Origin: Nemertoderma westbladi
Lineage: Eukaryota > Animalia > Xenacoelomorpha
DNA length: 64,000 nucleotides
Reading direction: 5' to 3'
Assembly: GCA_032718475.1 (NCBI GenBank)
Contig: JAUCBJ010003600.1
Span: 17,125 to 81,124 of the forward strand
Made by a program: the position numbers and the translations under genes. Positions 1-9,894 of the stretch are shown piece after piece. The notes beneath the pieces are model-generated. The model was not told the origin of the DNA. It saw only the letters and a list, made by a program, of their open reading frames with translations, and made no database searches. Every line of letters begins with the position of its first letter. Positions within the stretch are counted from its first letter, which is position 1.

Positions 1-1
1 T

Positions 2-1204
2 CAGACTGTAATTGAAGAAAGTTTTGAGCAGGAAATATACCCTGTGACTACATTGGGAGAGGGCACATCAGTTATAGATTTCATGATTGAAAAGTCAGAA
101 GATTACTATACGATAGGAAATGAAACAACACTACAATTAGTATATCGTGTTGTAACAACAACACGACCTGACAATGGTGCAGTTTATCAAACACCACTAA
201 GCCTCTCTACTCTAATTTCAAACATTAGTGTTTTGATTAATGAGCGGGAGGTAGAGTCTAATACTGCAAACTATCCCTATAAAGCTTTCCTAAAAGCGGT
301 CTTACTTAACGATCAGAGTACAAAAGAAACGATTTTAGCTGCCAAAGGGTTTGCAGAACAAGAAGCATTTGGTGTTCCTGTAGACTTTGCTGCAGCTGCT
401 CATTTGGAAAGTAAACCATATTATGTTCAGGGGTCTCTATTTGTTGACCTTTTTGAACAGGCTAAATTTATCCCACCCAAAACTAGTATAAGAATTAGAT
501 TAACAAGAGCTACAAATGCATTTAACTTAGTATGTATTGCAGCTGTACAAGAGCCTCGAATCAATATATCTAATGCTTTGTTGAAAATTAAACGAGTAAA
601 ATTGGATCCATATATACGTCAACAACATATAGAACAATTAAAAATAGGAGATTATATTTATCCAATTATACAGAATGAGGTGACAACCTTTACTATAGCA
701 AATGGTCAACAATCTCATGTGAGGGAAAATTTGTTTACAAGCAAGAATGTACCTCGCTTTGTTAATATTGTCATGGTTCGAAATGACTCTTACAATGGAA
801 ACTTAAGATCTAATTCACTATTGTTTGATCACTTTAATGTGAATTACTTACAACTTACGCTGGATGGTAAGGTAATTGGAGGTGTGACATATAAACCAAA
901 TTTTGCTACTGGACAATATATTAATGAGTATTGCGCCAGTCAAAAAAACCTGCTATCTATAACCAGAGGTACAAACAACGGCATTACTCCCACTAGATTT
1001 CGTGATTTATATCCAATATTTTCTTGGAATTTATCCCCCACGGGATTTCTTGATGAAGACGAACGAAACCCACATCAAATAGGCAATGCTAGATTAGAGA
1101 TTGCTTTCTCAGCTCCTTTACAAAATACAATTAACGTTATTATGTGGGTGGGATATGATAGAACTGTGAATATCAGCAATGTCGGATCAGTAACTATTTT
1201 CTAG
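2..1204 (+). CDS. Polinton/Maverick (adintovirus-like) major capsid protein, 5'-truncated by window edge
   Basis: The frame is open from position 2 (QTVIEESFEQEIYPVTTLGEGTSVIDF). Motifs typical of Polinton MCPs: DLFEQAKFIPPKTSIRIRLTR, FDHFNVNYLQL, and C-terminal GNARLEIAFSAPLQNTINVIMW. Intronless and directly upstream of an adenain-like protease. Confidence 0.85.
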   Translation, partial: QTVIEESFEQEIYPVTTLGEGTSVIDFMIEKSEDYYTIGNETTLQLVYRVVTTTRPDNGAVYQTPLSLSTLISNISVLINEREVESNTANYPYKAFLKAVLLNDQSTKETILAAKGFAEQEAFGVPVDFAAAAHLESKPYYVQGSLFVDLFEQAKFIPPKTSIRIRLTRATNAFNLVCIAAVQEPRINISNALLKIKRVKLDPYIRQQHIEQLKIGDYIYPIIQNEVTTFTIANGQQSHVRENLFTSKNVPRFVNIVMVRNDSYNGNLRSNSLLFDHFNVNYLQLTLDGKVIGGVTYKPNFATGQYINEYCASQKNLLSITRGTNNGITPTRFRDLYPIFSWNLSPTGFLDEDERNPHQIGNARLEIAFSAPLQNTINVIMWVGYDRTVNISNVGSVTIF

Positions 1205-1214
1205 AAAGAAAAAC

Positions 1215-1643
1215 ATGTTGAACTCATATGATTTGAATAATTTCCCAATAGGAGAACATTATCGTGGTTCTTTTGCCATTGATCAATTACCAGCAAAGGA
1301 TGGCTCTAAAATGAGCTTCATTTCAAATACTCAAGCCGCTCATTTACCTGGTATGCACTGGGTCGCTGCTTTTATGAATGAAAATATAGGTGAATACTTT
1401 GATTCATTTGGAGTGTTCCCCCCGGCTCGTATAGAAGACTGGTTGTTGCGTAATACAATAAAATGGACAAGGACACGAAAAGTGGTTCAACACCCTCTAA
1501 GGACAAGTTGTGGGGGATACTGTTTATATTACTTATCTGAACGATCAAAAACTGACACGCCTCTACGCAAGTTTGGAACAGACTTGAAACAAAATGAAAA
1601 GATACTTGCATGTTGGTTGCGGAACAAAGCCATAATGAATTGA
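1215..1643 (+). CDS. Adenain-like cysteine protease (Polinton PRO, capsid maturation protease)
   Basis: NTQ..HLPGMHWVA (catalytic His), EYFDSFG (Asp), and Q-x6-CGGYC (oxyanion Gln, catalytic Cys). Starts 10 bp after the MCP stop. Confidence 0.9.
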   Translation: MLNSYDLNNFPIGEHYRGSFAIDQLPAKDGSKMSFISNTQAAHLPGMHWVAAFMNENIGEYFDSFGVFPPARIEDWLLRNTIKWTRTRKVVQHPLRTSCGGYCLYYLSERSKTDTPLRKFGTDLKQNEKILACWLRNKAIMN

Positions 1644-1939
1644 TATTATTAATTGTGTTACAATGTGTTATATCTTATGTGTTACAATGTGTTATATCTT
1701 AAATGTTACTCTGCTATATGTATATGTGTTATGTTATAAATATATATTTCAATGTTGCTATATTAAAAATATGAAAATAGTCGACTATATTTCATTTTTC
1801 TTTTTCAACTTTGGATAAATAATATAAGGGTTAAACAAAGAACATCAAAACAGTTAAACAGTTACATTTAACATTTAGACAGTAAACAGTAACAGTAAAC
1901 ATTTACATGACCAGTTACAATAGACAAGTAACATAAAGT

Positions 1940-3679
1940 TTAGTTTATATCCACAGCATCTAGCTTTATCTTTTTCTGTTCTATTGGAGGATAGTGAGCT
2001 AATTTTCGTTTTACAATTTCCATCGAATATCTTTTAGAGACGTTGGGGGAATCATTAGGGTGAAATAGATTGAGGTGGATCTGCTTGGGGAGGAAAACTG
2101 CATCTTTTAGTGTGCGTTTGAGAAAGTTGATGCAACACTCAACAGCATAGTTTGAAGGTAGGGTTAATTTGTTTGTTGTCTTCAGGTTGACAATAATTGT
2201 TTCTGATGGTGTATGTTGAATGTGTATAAGGGGGGTGAGATAGTAATGGGAGGAAGTGGATTGTTGAATGAGATGAAAGTTGGAGAAATCACTCGCTTTT
2301 ATATTTAAACCATCGGTAAACTGAAACGTAGTTGATTTCAAATCTTTTTTGATGACAGGCCATATGGCAACATAAGCTTCACCTTTGAATGAATAAATGA
2401 AAGCCGCTACTGATTCGTATAAATTAAGACACTGGTGATTAGGTAGTTGTAGTTGCTTTGGTTCATAATCACTATTGTTAGCCAATGACTTTAGTTCAGA
2501 GAGTGCTTCTCGGGCGCGATCTGTATTGTCAATAGAGAACATGTAGTCATAGCGTCTGTCAGAAATTTCGAGGGTTTCGCAGCTGTAAGAGGTATAAATT
2601 TTTATTCGATCAGAAATTAATTCTTCATGGTTGACTTCATCATAGCATTCGTATCCTTTGACCGCAGAATCGAACCATGAAATTTTAAGAAGTTCATTTC
2701 TTGTGAGTAAAAGTGCATCTCTTGTGGAAACAATAACTTTGTTTGAATCAACCTCAACTCCGCTCGCGATTGCAATATTTCTTTTATTATTAATATTTGT
2801 GATATAACCAAAAGTAGAACTATCGAAAGAAACATAGTTCTCTGGCTCTAAGACAATGTGCGAGATTGGATTAATGTAAGGACGACAAATGTTTATATAA
2901 TGTTGTAGTAAAGCAGCCGCAGTGTCTGAGATGGTTAACCAACCCCCATCTACTGTATCTTCTAGTTGTATTAAATCAATAGGTTTCAGTGGGGATGTTT
3001 TCGAATAACGAACAACTTTAAAATTAAAACCAAAATAATGTGCTTTGCTGTTGTTGTAGAAACAGGTTATTTCATTCAATTGTTCAATAAAAGTTAGTAC
3101 GTCATATCCAAACAGTTTGAAGAAACGAGATTCATCTTTGAGGGGGTGAATCGAGGCGTTCCAAATAATTAAAAGAATTGAGTTTGAAATATTATGAAAA
3201 TCAAACAGACACTCATCAACAAAAAAGGAAGCTTTGAGTGTTGACATACCAAGGAGCTTGTTTGCAGATTCTTGTGTTACATTGCTGTGGATATATTCAA
3301 CAACCGGTTGAGGTATTACAAATGTTTCTAATGAGGTTGTCAGATTGAATGTTATATTCGATTCTGATTTGTGCAGTTTGAAACCATGGTTTGCGGAATG
3401 AAATTTATCATTATTTAGAGTTTGATATTGACCATCCTTCAACTCAAAGCAGGATCGTAGAATGAAATGTGCATAATTTGCTGGAATGAGTTGGGGTTGG
3501 TTAGATGAAGTGGTAACCGTCATTGGAAAGCGTTTGTTTGAAGGATCAAAATATAAACCGAAAGAGTTGTCTGAGAGAGATATTTGATTTTCGTTGGAAA
3601 CAATTTTTACTTGATTTTCGTTGGAAACAATTTTTACTTGAGGGAAGTTGAACTTTTGAAGGAGTTGAGCTTGAGCCAT
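1940..3679 (-). CDS. Uncharacterised 579-aa intronless ORF, probably a Polinton accessory gene
   Basis: Long uninterrupted ORF in AT-rich DNA, convergent with MCP-PRO. Has a 27-bp duplication (QVKIVSNEN x2), a basic NLS-like C-terminus (KRK...KKIK) and a weak PC4-like segment (FIYSFKGEAYVAIW...GLNI). Confidence 0.7.
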   Translation of the reverse strand: MAQAQLLQKFNFPQVKIVSNENQVKIVSNENQISLSDNSFGLYFDPSNKRFPMTVTTSSNQPQLIPANYAHFILRSCFELKDGQYQTLNNDKFHSANHGFKLHKSESNITFNLTTSLETFVIPQPVVEYIHSNVTQESANKLLGMSTLKASFFVDECLFDFHNISNSILLIIWNASIHPLKDESRFFKLFGYDVLTFIEQLNEITCFYNNSKAHYFGFNFKVVRYSKTSPLKPIDLIQLEDTVDGGWLTISDTAAALLQHYINICRPYINPISHIVLEPENYVSFDSSTFGYITNINNKRNIAIASGVEVDSNKVIVSTRDALLLTRNELLKISWFDSAVKGYECYDEVNHEELISDRIKIYTSYSCETLEISDRRYDYMFSIDNTDRAREALSELKSLANNSDYEPKQLQLPNHQCLNLYESVAAFIYSFKGEAYVAIWPVIKKDLKSTTFQFTDGLNIKASDFSNFHLIQQSTSSHYYLTPLIHIQHTPSETIIVNLKTTNKLTLPSNYAVECCINFLKRTLKDAVFLPKQIHLNLFHPNDSPNVSKRYSMEIVKRKLAHYPPIEQKKIKLDAVDIN

Positions 3680-5237
3680 CTTGAAGAAAATATAATATTA
3701 TGAATAACAATAAATGTATTATAACTTTAAATAAAAAGTAAAATGGTCAATAATATTTTTGTAGTAAGTAAAGTTCAAAGCGATGGAAGGGGGTTTATAA
3801 GGGAAAGAGTAACCAATGAAAATAAAAGTTAAGCTTGTGGGAACCAATAGAAATAAAAAGAGAGAGAGAGACGCGCTATTGGGTTGAGGGAATAATAAAC
3901 ACATTTCATTGGGTTAATTAAATGTAAAACATTAGTTAGGATGTGAAATGGGGTGAATTGAGAAGTGGGGGAGTGCGCTGGAGAAAAGTGCATGTAATGA
4001 ATGGGTTGCTGCGTCAGAATGGGTATGTTAATTAATGTTACACTAGAGCATCTGAAATTACTTCAAACAAAAACTACAGTAACTAGTATAGAGAAGGTTG
4101 GGGGTTAATTTGACACATGGCGTTTGGGTGATGGCTTTGTTGTTGAGCTAATACTGCTTCATAAAGTACAATGCGAAAGAATGCAATCTATTGCAAGAGC
4201 AGATGTTTATTATAATTTCTCGGGCGAATTGATGTAATAGCAGAGCTGGAGGTTTGAATAATTTAAACTCTGTGGCAGGCCCCATCCGCGCGTTGACGTA
4301 CAGTATAGGATTCAATGTTGGGGTTAGTTATGCTACATCTAATAATAGCCCAACGGCTGCAGATTATTGAGGGATTGAACCGGGGCCAAACTGGCCCATT
4401 TTATTTTCTTGAAAGGGTAATTTATGTTTTGGGCCCCGCTCGCTTCTTTATATTTCATTCTATCATTCTATTGCACGGCAAAAATAATATAAATGTACTG
4501 TATATTGTATTGCACAGTGCCTACAGTATTGTATATTTCGTTTGCTGTAGTACAATTTATTCATCCCGCGTCCCTATCTGATTGATTTGTGTCATATTAA
4601 ATTGCCTTTGGCAACATTATTTGATACAAATCGATTGATTAAACAATTAATTAATTGTTTAATCGACCAATTAATTAATTGTTTAATCGACCAATTAATT
4701 AATTGTTTAATTAATTAATGACCTACTTAACACCCAAGGTGCGAAGTGGGTCTAACTGTCGCCGAAAAGGGGTTCATCTTACTACTATTGATTATAAAAC
4801 TAATACAGTAATAGGCCTAAATTATGTGAAAGGTATATCCACATTTTCCACAATCCTGCAATCCAGTTTGGCCTATCAATTATTTAAAATTTATTAGCAC
4901 AACCGGTAGGCCTATCATTACCGTATTTAAATGGTAGGCTACACAGTAGGCCTATAGCAGTACCGGTGCCGGTACCGGTACTAAAATACAGAAATACCTG
5001 CTTTAAACCTACATCTGTACATACATAATACAGCAAAATAGTGCTATATATACTAATACCGGTACTGATAGCCTGAGAGAACAGCAGTAGAGAAACCGGT
5101 AGCATGGAACCTAACATTAGACTTTTGGAGGACATAAAAAATAAAAAAAAAAGGACAAAAAAAGGATTTAAACGGACAATAAAATTATTGCGTTACTTAT
5201 ATTGCGCCTCTAAAGGTCTAAAGGTATTGTGCCTACG

Positions 5238-5580
5238 GTACTAGGGACCATGGACCACCTCGTAGTATCCCTCGTTGTTAGTGAGTGAGGTGTCCACGGT
5301 CTCAATAATGGAGGCCGCATTTCCAACCTGGATGGCAACAGCCAGTCTCTGCAAGAGGAAGCAGTGGGATCGGGGTTCCTTGGTAACAGAGTGTAGTCTT
5401 GCCCTGATCTCCTTCAGGAACTCGGATGTTTCAGGGCCGGGGCGGCCCAAGGTCTCGTAGGCTACTTGGGGGGAGAGGTAGCCCTGGCCCATGAGTTCTC
5501 TGCAGTGAAGCCTCCGGCGGATAGCATCTGGGCGAGGTGGCTGGACGCCAGTGGGTCCTCCACCGTTGCGTCCCACACAA
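5238..5580 (-). mobile_element. 3' fragment of a CRE-like non-LTR retrotransposon (restriction-like endonuclease end), frameshifted
   Basis: VWDATVEDPLASSHL in one frame, then VAYETLGRPGPETSEFL...FLLQRLAVAIQVGNAASI, the characteristic C-terminus of CRE-type RLE elements. Confidence 0.75.
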
Positions 5581-5661
5581 GGCTTATTATTATTATTACT
5601 CTTATCATTTTATATCTATAATTTTGTTATATTCTATATTTGTCTTCCTCTCGAACAGTTG

Positions 5662-5799
5662 CCCCCGCTCTTACCGCTTCCTTCTGCCGAGACTGGTGTT
5701 GCCCTCCTGGTCGGAAATGCGGCCTCCATTATGGGGACCATGGACCCCTCACTCACTAACAACAAGGGACTCTACGGGGTGGTCTATGGTCTTTAGTAC
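5662..5799 (+). mobile_element. Second, shorter CRE-like 3' end, inverted relative to the first
   Basis: VALLVGNAASIMGTMDPSLTNN. Its reverse complement aligns by eye with 5238-5375. Confidence 0.7.
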
Positions 5800-5983
5800 C
5801 CCCCCCCCCCCCCTCTCCCTCCCCAATGAAACATACTAACTTACACCCCACACCCCCCCCCCCCCCCTCCCTATAGCTTTTATATATTAATATGTTATTA
5901 ATATTTACATAATTTCTTTATTATGACTAAATATAAATAACTGGGACACAATCCAATTAAATCGCATCAATTAAACCGAATAA

Positions 5984-6385
5984 TTACAAATAATTAATAT
6001 AAAGGAATAGGGTTAGCTCACAATAATAATCCTTCAATAAATACAAATAATTAATATAAAGGAATAGGGTTAGCTCACAATAATGATCCTTCAATAAATA
6101 CAAATAATTAATATAAAGGAATAGGGTTAGCTCACAATAATGATCCTTCAATAAATACAAATAATTAATATAAAGGAATAGGGTTAGCTCACAATAATGA
6201 TCCTTCAATAAATACAAATAATTAATATAAAGGAATAGGGTTAGCTCACAATAATGATCCTTCAATAAATACAAATAATTAATAGAAAGGAATAGGGTTA
6301 GCTCACAATAATGATCCTTCAATAAATACAAATAATTAATATAAAGGAATAGGGTTAGCTCACAATAATGATCCTTCAATAATTA
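5984..6385. repeat. 57-bp minisatellite, ~7 near-identical copies
   Basis: Unit TACAAATAATTAATATAAAGGAATAGGGTTAGCTCACAATAATGATCCTTCAATAAA. It explains the 19-aa periodic ORF. Confidence 0.95.
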
Positions 6386-6434
6386 CAACAGCTGAAAATC
6401 TGATTTGGTTTCATGTCAGTGTTCCATATAGGAA

Positions 6435-6933
6435 TGTAAGTATATAGAGAAGGAACCCTGTGTAGTGTGTATCCAATACAGACCCCCCCAGGTTTACTGA
6501 ACAAGTCTGTAACCAATCCACTGATCGCTGTAATTAATTAATGCTAAATATATCCTTTATAAGGATATAAATAGCTGAACTGGTGTTTTTGGGTGCAGAA
6601 TGGAGTGCGATTGTCCAAACAGAGTTGATAGTTTAGTAACACGGACGGACGTACAATGACAAAGGGTTGTCGGGTAACTTTAGGGAAACCACAACCAGCC
6701 ACAGTGGGACCGAGATAATTAGAATAGATTAGATAAACATATAACATTATAGTAGTTCTGAATGGGAACCAACTCCGTTACACTCATTGTAAACCAATGT
6801 ATTATTGGTTAAAGAACCGATTGGTTAATAATATAACCAATGGGAACCTCTGAGTTATAATTAAATCGTTTTATTAGTAGGTGGTCCAGGTTTGTGTCTA
6901 CCAAAGGGACGTAGCAGATACACAGGTATTACA
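6435..6933 (+). mobile_element. Probable solo LTR (~500 bp)
   Basis: Termini TGTAA...TTACA, flanked by GGAA/AGAA (4-bp TSD with one mismatch). Internal TATAAATA (~6566) and ATTAAA (~6860). Confidence 0.5.
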
Positions 6934-7839
6934 AGAATACACAATACAGATAATATGGGAATAATATCGACCAAGAACGAATTAAAATGGAAATAAATTG
7001 AAAGAAATTTATATCATTATTGTATTTACATCTGATATAAATTAATTATTTTATATCTAATTTTAGCAAACATTGCGAGCTCTCCCTATGGAAAATACTA
7101 ATAAATCTTTGTTATTATTTTTTATATAAATAGAGTTAGAAAATTCCATAAATTAAAATTAATACAAAATACTCTAAATTATTTTTTGTAACTAAATGTA
7201 ATATTCTGTAAGATACGGAATTGAACTGATGTTATTCAATTATTTGATCTGATCTTCAATGGAATAATTAGGACAGTTTGACGTTCCAACATCTGAACTT
7301 CTTTCTGTAGAGGGTTGGATTACTTTATTAGGATTTCTTTTTTGATTCGCGGTTATTCTGTAAATAAATAAATAATATAATAATATGTGATGGGATCCGA
7401 GTTGGCGTGGGATCCCGACCGGGTAAATCTCTTGTCGTGTTTCCTACGCATCGCCGTGTTTATAATGACTATGAAGGCTGAAGGCCGTAGGCTGGTAAAA
7501 TGCAAGAGTTATTGGTTTATCGTTGTTAATAATAGCTGATAAATATATAAGTACCAGTAGACAAATTTCAGCACAATCAATAGAAGATACCTCGACGGTG
7601 GTATACCGTCCAACATCCACAGTAATTAATAGCCAACTGAACACAGTTAATATTGTCCAACAGATATATGGAAACTATGGGGAAACTTATTACACAGTCC
7701 TACCTACATGGCGACTGACCAAAGGATACACGTTATACTTGCCAGCTGCCCCCCCCCCCATTTGTTGGTTTTTCCCCCACTTCTGTCACCCCATGTTCCC
7801 TCAGCCCTTGCATCACCTCATATTCCTTGGTCCTCGATC

Positions 7840-8845
7840 GACACAAACGTTGTCGATCCATCGTATACTGATCTGATTGCTGCAATAATTTCATCAGGAA
7901 TCCCATATAATGAAAGTATGCTGAAGATACATAGGCGAGAGACTGAATCAAAGGCCTTGAAGAATTCAACAAAGATAACAGCCAGATGCCTGTCTTCTCT
8001 TTGCAGCAGCCTTCACTTCTGCAAAGGAGATATCGCCAATGGGAATATCTGGGAGTACAGACTCAAACACTTTTACTTCTATAAAGTTATCAGGCAATAC
8101 CCTGTCATTATTGAGGAGCTTTTCAAAGTATGCCTTCCAACCATTGAGGCGATCGGCTGGTGATTCTGTATTAACCTTGGTGGTTGGTTGGCTTTTCCGC
8201 CCAGTAAGCAAGTTTATTAATTTGTATGCCTGGGATGATTGCCTGCTGTTGTCAGAATCATTGATGGCATCAACCTGTTGGTTTATTAGCTCCTGCATAT
8301 TAACAGAGTACTGCCTGTTCGGGGATCTAGATGCAGCCTTAACTGCATTCTTGGCCGCTGTTGTCTGTTTGAGTCGGGACTCTTTCGGCGCCTTATAGAG
8401 GTCATTTCGGCACTTCTGAATTTTGTGGTCAGTCCAGGGGGCCCTTTTCCTGTTTCTTGGGTATACAGCAACTTTTTCTGCAGCTGCTAACTTAGCTGCT
8501 TCTGTGTAGGCAGTATAGCCCTCACAGTGATCTGCCGCCTCAGAGGAAAGAACCTCATACCTGTTGCTCAGCTGTAGTGTGAAGCTGTATCTCACACGTG
8601 GCTGTTGCAACTGAGAGGACCAGTCATGCTGCGGCAAGGCAGATTTCGTTGTTCTGCTAGCACGCAGACTGAGTAGTCTTACCTTAGCCACAATAAGGCA
8701 GTGATCACTGGAGAAGGGTCGAAGTGTTAAAGCATTACAGTCTTGTATAGAGCTCCTTTATTTCCTACGAAACAGAAAATAGTCTTTCTGGGACTTGTGA
8801 CCACTGGGTCCACTATGAGTCCATAGCTTTCCAGCCCCTTTTTGA
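7840..8845 (-). mobile_element. RTE-clade LINE fragment (APE end, linker, part of RT) with an internal deletion
   Basis: KLWTHSGP...KDYFL...SDHCLIVAKVRL (APE end), then the 7966-8691 ORF, then HLAVIFVEFFKAFDSVSR (RT). Near-identical to parts of the 26909-29105 element, with ~370 bp missing at ~7996. Confidence 0.85.
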
Positions 8846-9429
8846 CTAGGTTCCAGCCGAAAACAATCCATTTACAGAGATAAAATCCTGAAGATGGACA
8901 GAATTTCGATTAACACTATCGCTATAGACACTTGGTCCATTTCGCCACACTTTCGATTAGTTTGGTTCAGTTCGGCCCAGATTCGTGTTCGCGTGCTATC
9001 CAACTAACAGCTTAGATTAACAAACTCTGTGCAACTTAATAAACACTAACTAGTCTGCTGTTGTTATTTAATAGGAGAACCAATACCGGTGCTGTACCAT
9101 TGTAAAGATGTAAGTAAAAAAGTCAGTGTTTATTTTATGAATGGATGCTACACTTACTTCAAGGTTTAGTGAGATAGTGGCGACCAACTGGAGTTTGTAA
9201 ATGGCGAATCATCTTAAGTTACACAAAATCGCTCAGTTCATTCATTTAATTTATTAAATTGTGTTTCTTTTTGCGGTTAAATTCTTAATCTATAAATAAA
9301 TAAGGAATAATAAAATGTCGTTCTATCAGAAAAATGAAACATTAATGATAAACATAACATCTGGGGACAATAATATGACAATACGAACATATGTCAACAA
9401 TATGACATATAACACATTGATCAAACACA

Positions 9430-9668
9430 CAACCCCCGTGAATGCAGATTAAGATTCAGTGGGCACTGCTGGAGAAGTAAACATGAGGTCTTAATACCAG
9501 ATCTGCTTTTCTGCAACCAACACAATGAAAGTGTATGCGTGGACGACCGGCTATAACATAGAAAGACCAACTTGAAAGGGATACTGAACTTGAGAGAAAC
9601 GAAATTGCGACAACTATGAATAAATCTCATTTCAACTGTCCAGTCCATTCTCTCTCGTCCTAGTAGTA
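9430..9668 (+). mobile_element. Degenerate 3' end of an RTE-type LINE
   Basis: Plus-strand translation RLRFSGHCWRSKHEV..DLLF parallels RLRFAGHCFRREDQPVHNLVLW of the 26956-27453 ORF. Ends in a TAGTAGTA tail. Confidence 0.65.
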
Positions 9669-9894
9669 TGTATTAGTGACATAGTCTAGTCTACTCATGG
9701 TTTAGTTTCATTTAATTTATATAACTGTGACATGCAATATACTATATATCTAGTATATCATAGTTTAATGTATAGAAATATGTTTATTGACGAATGTTCG
9801 ATGATAGGTTTGTAATGTGACCAAGCAAAGGCAAAAAAATCATATAATTATTACTTACCAGTAATTAAGATCCAGTTCAGTTGCCAAATCTTAT

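Larger units (their letters stand above)
1..4786. mobile_element. Polinton/Maverick element, right portion (end coordinate tentative)
   Basis: MCP + PRO + orphan ORF. The non-coding tail has short palindromic repeats (4630-4720) and ends in ACTACT (4781-4786), matching the AGTAGT...ACTACT type of Polinton terminus. The left TIR is outside the window. Confidence 0.65.

Noticed and set aside
5984-6385. 131-aa periodic ORF and telomere-like AGGGTTAG motif
   Set aside because: A 57-bp minisatellite with only one partial TTAGGG-like motif per unit.
7230-7360. Possible minus-strand terminal exon after a TTTATTTACAG acceptor
   Set aside because: Short, no recognisable homology, and no donor partner I can justify.
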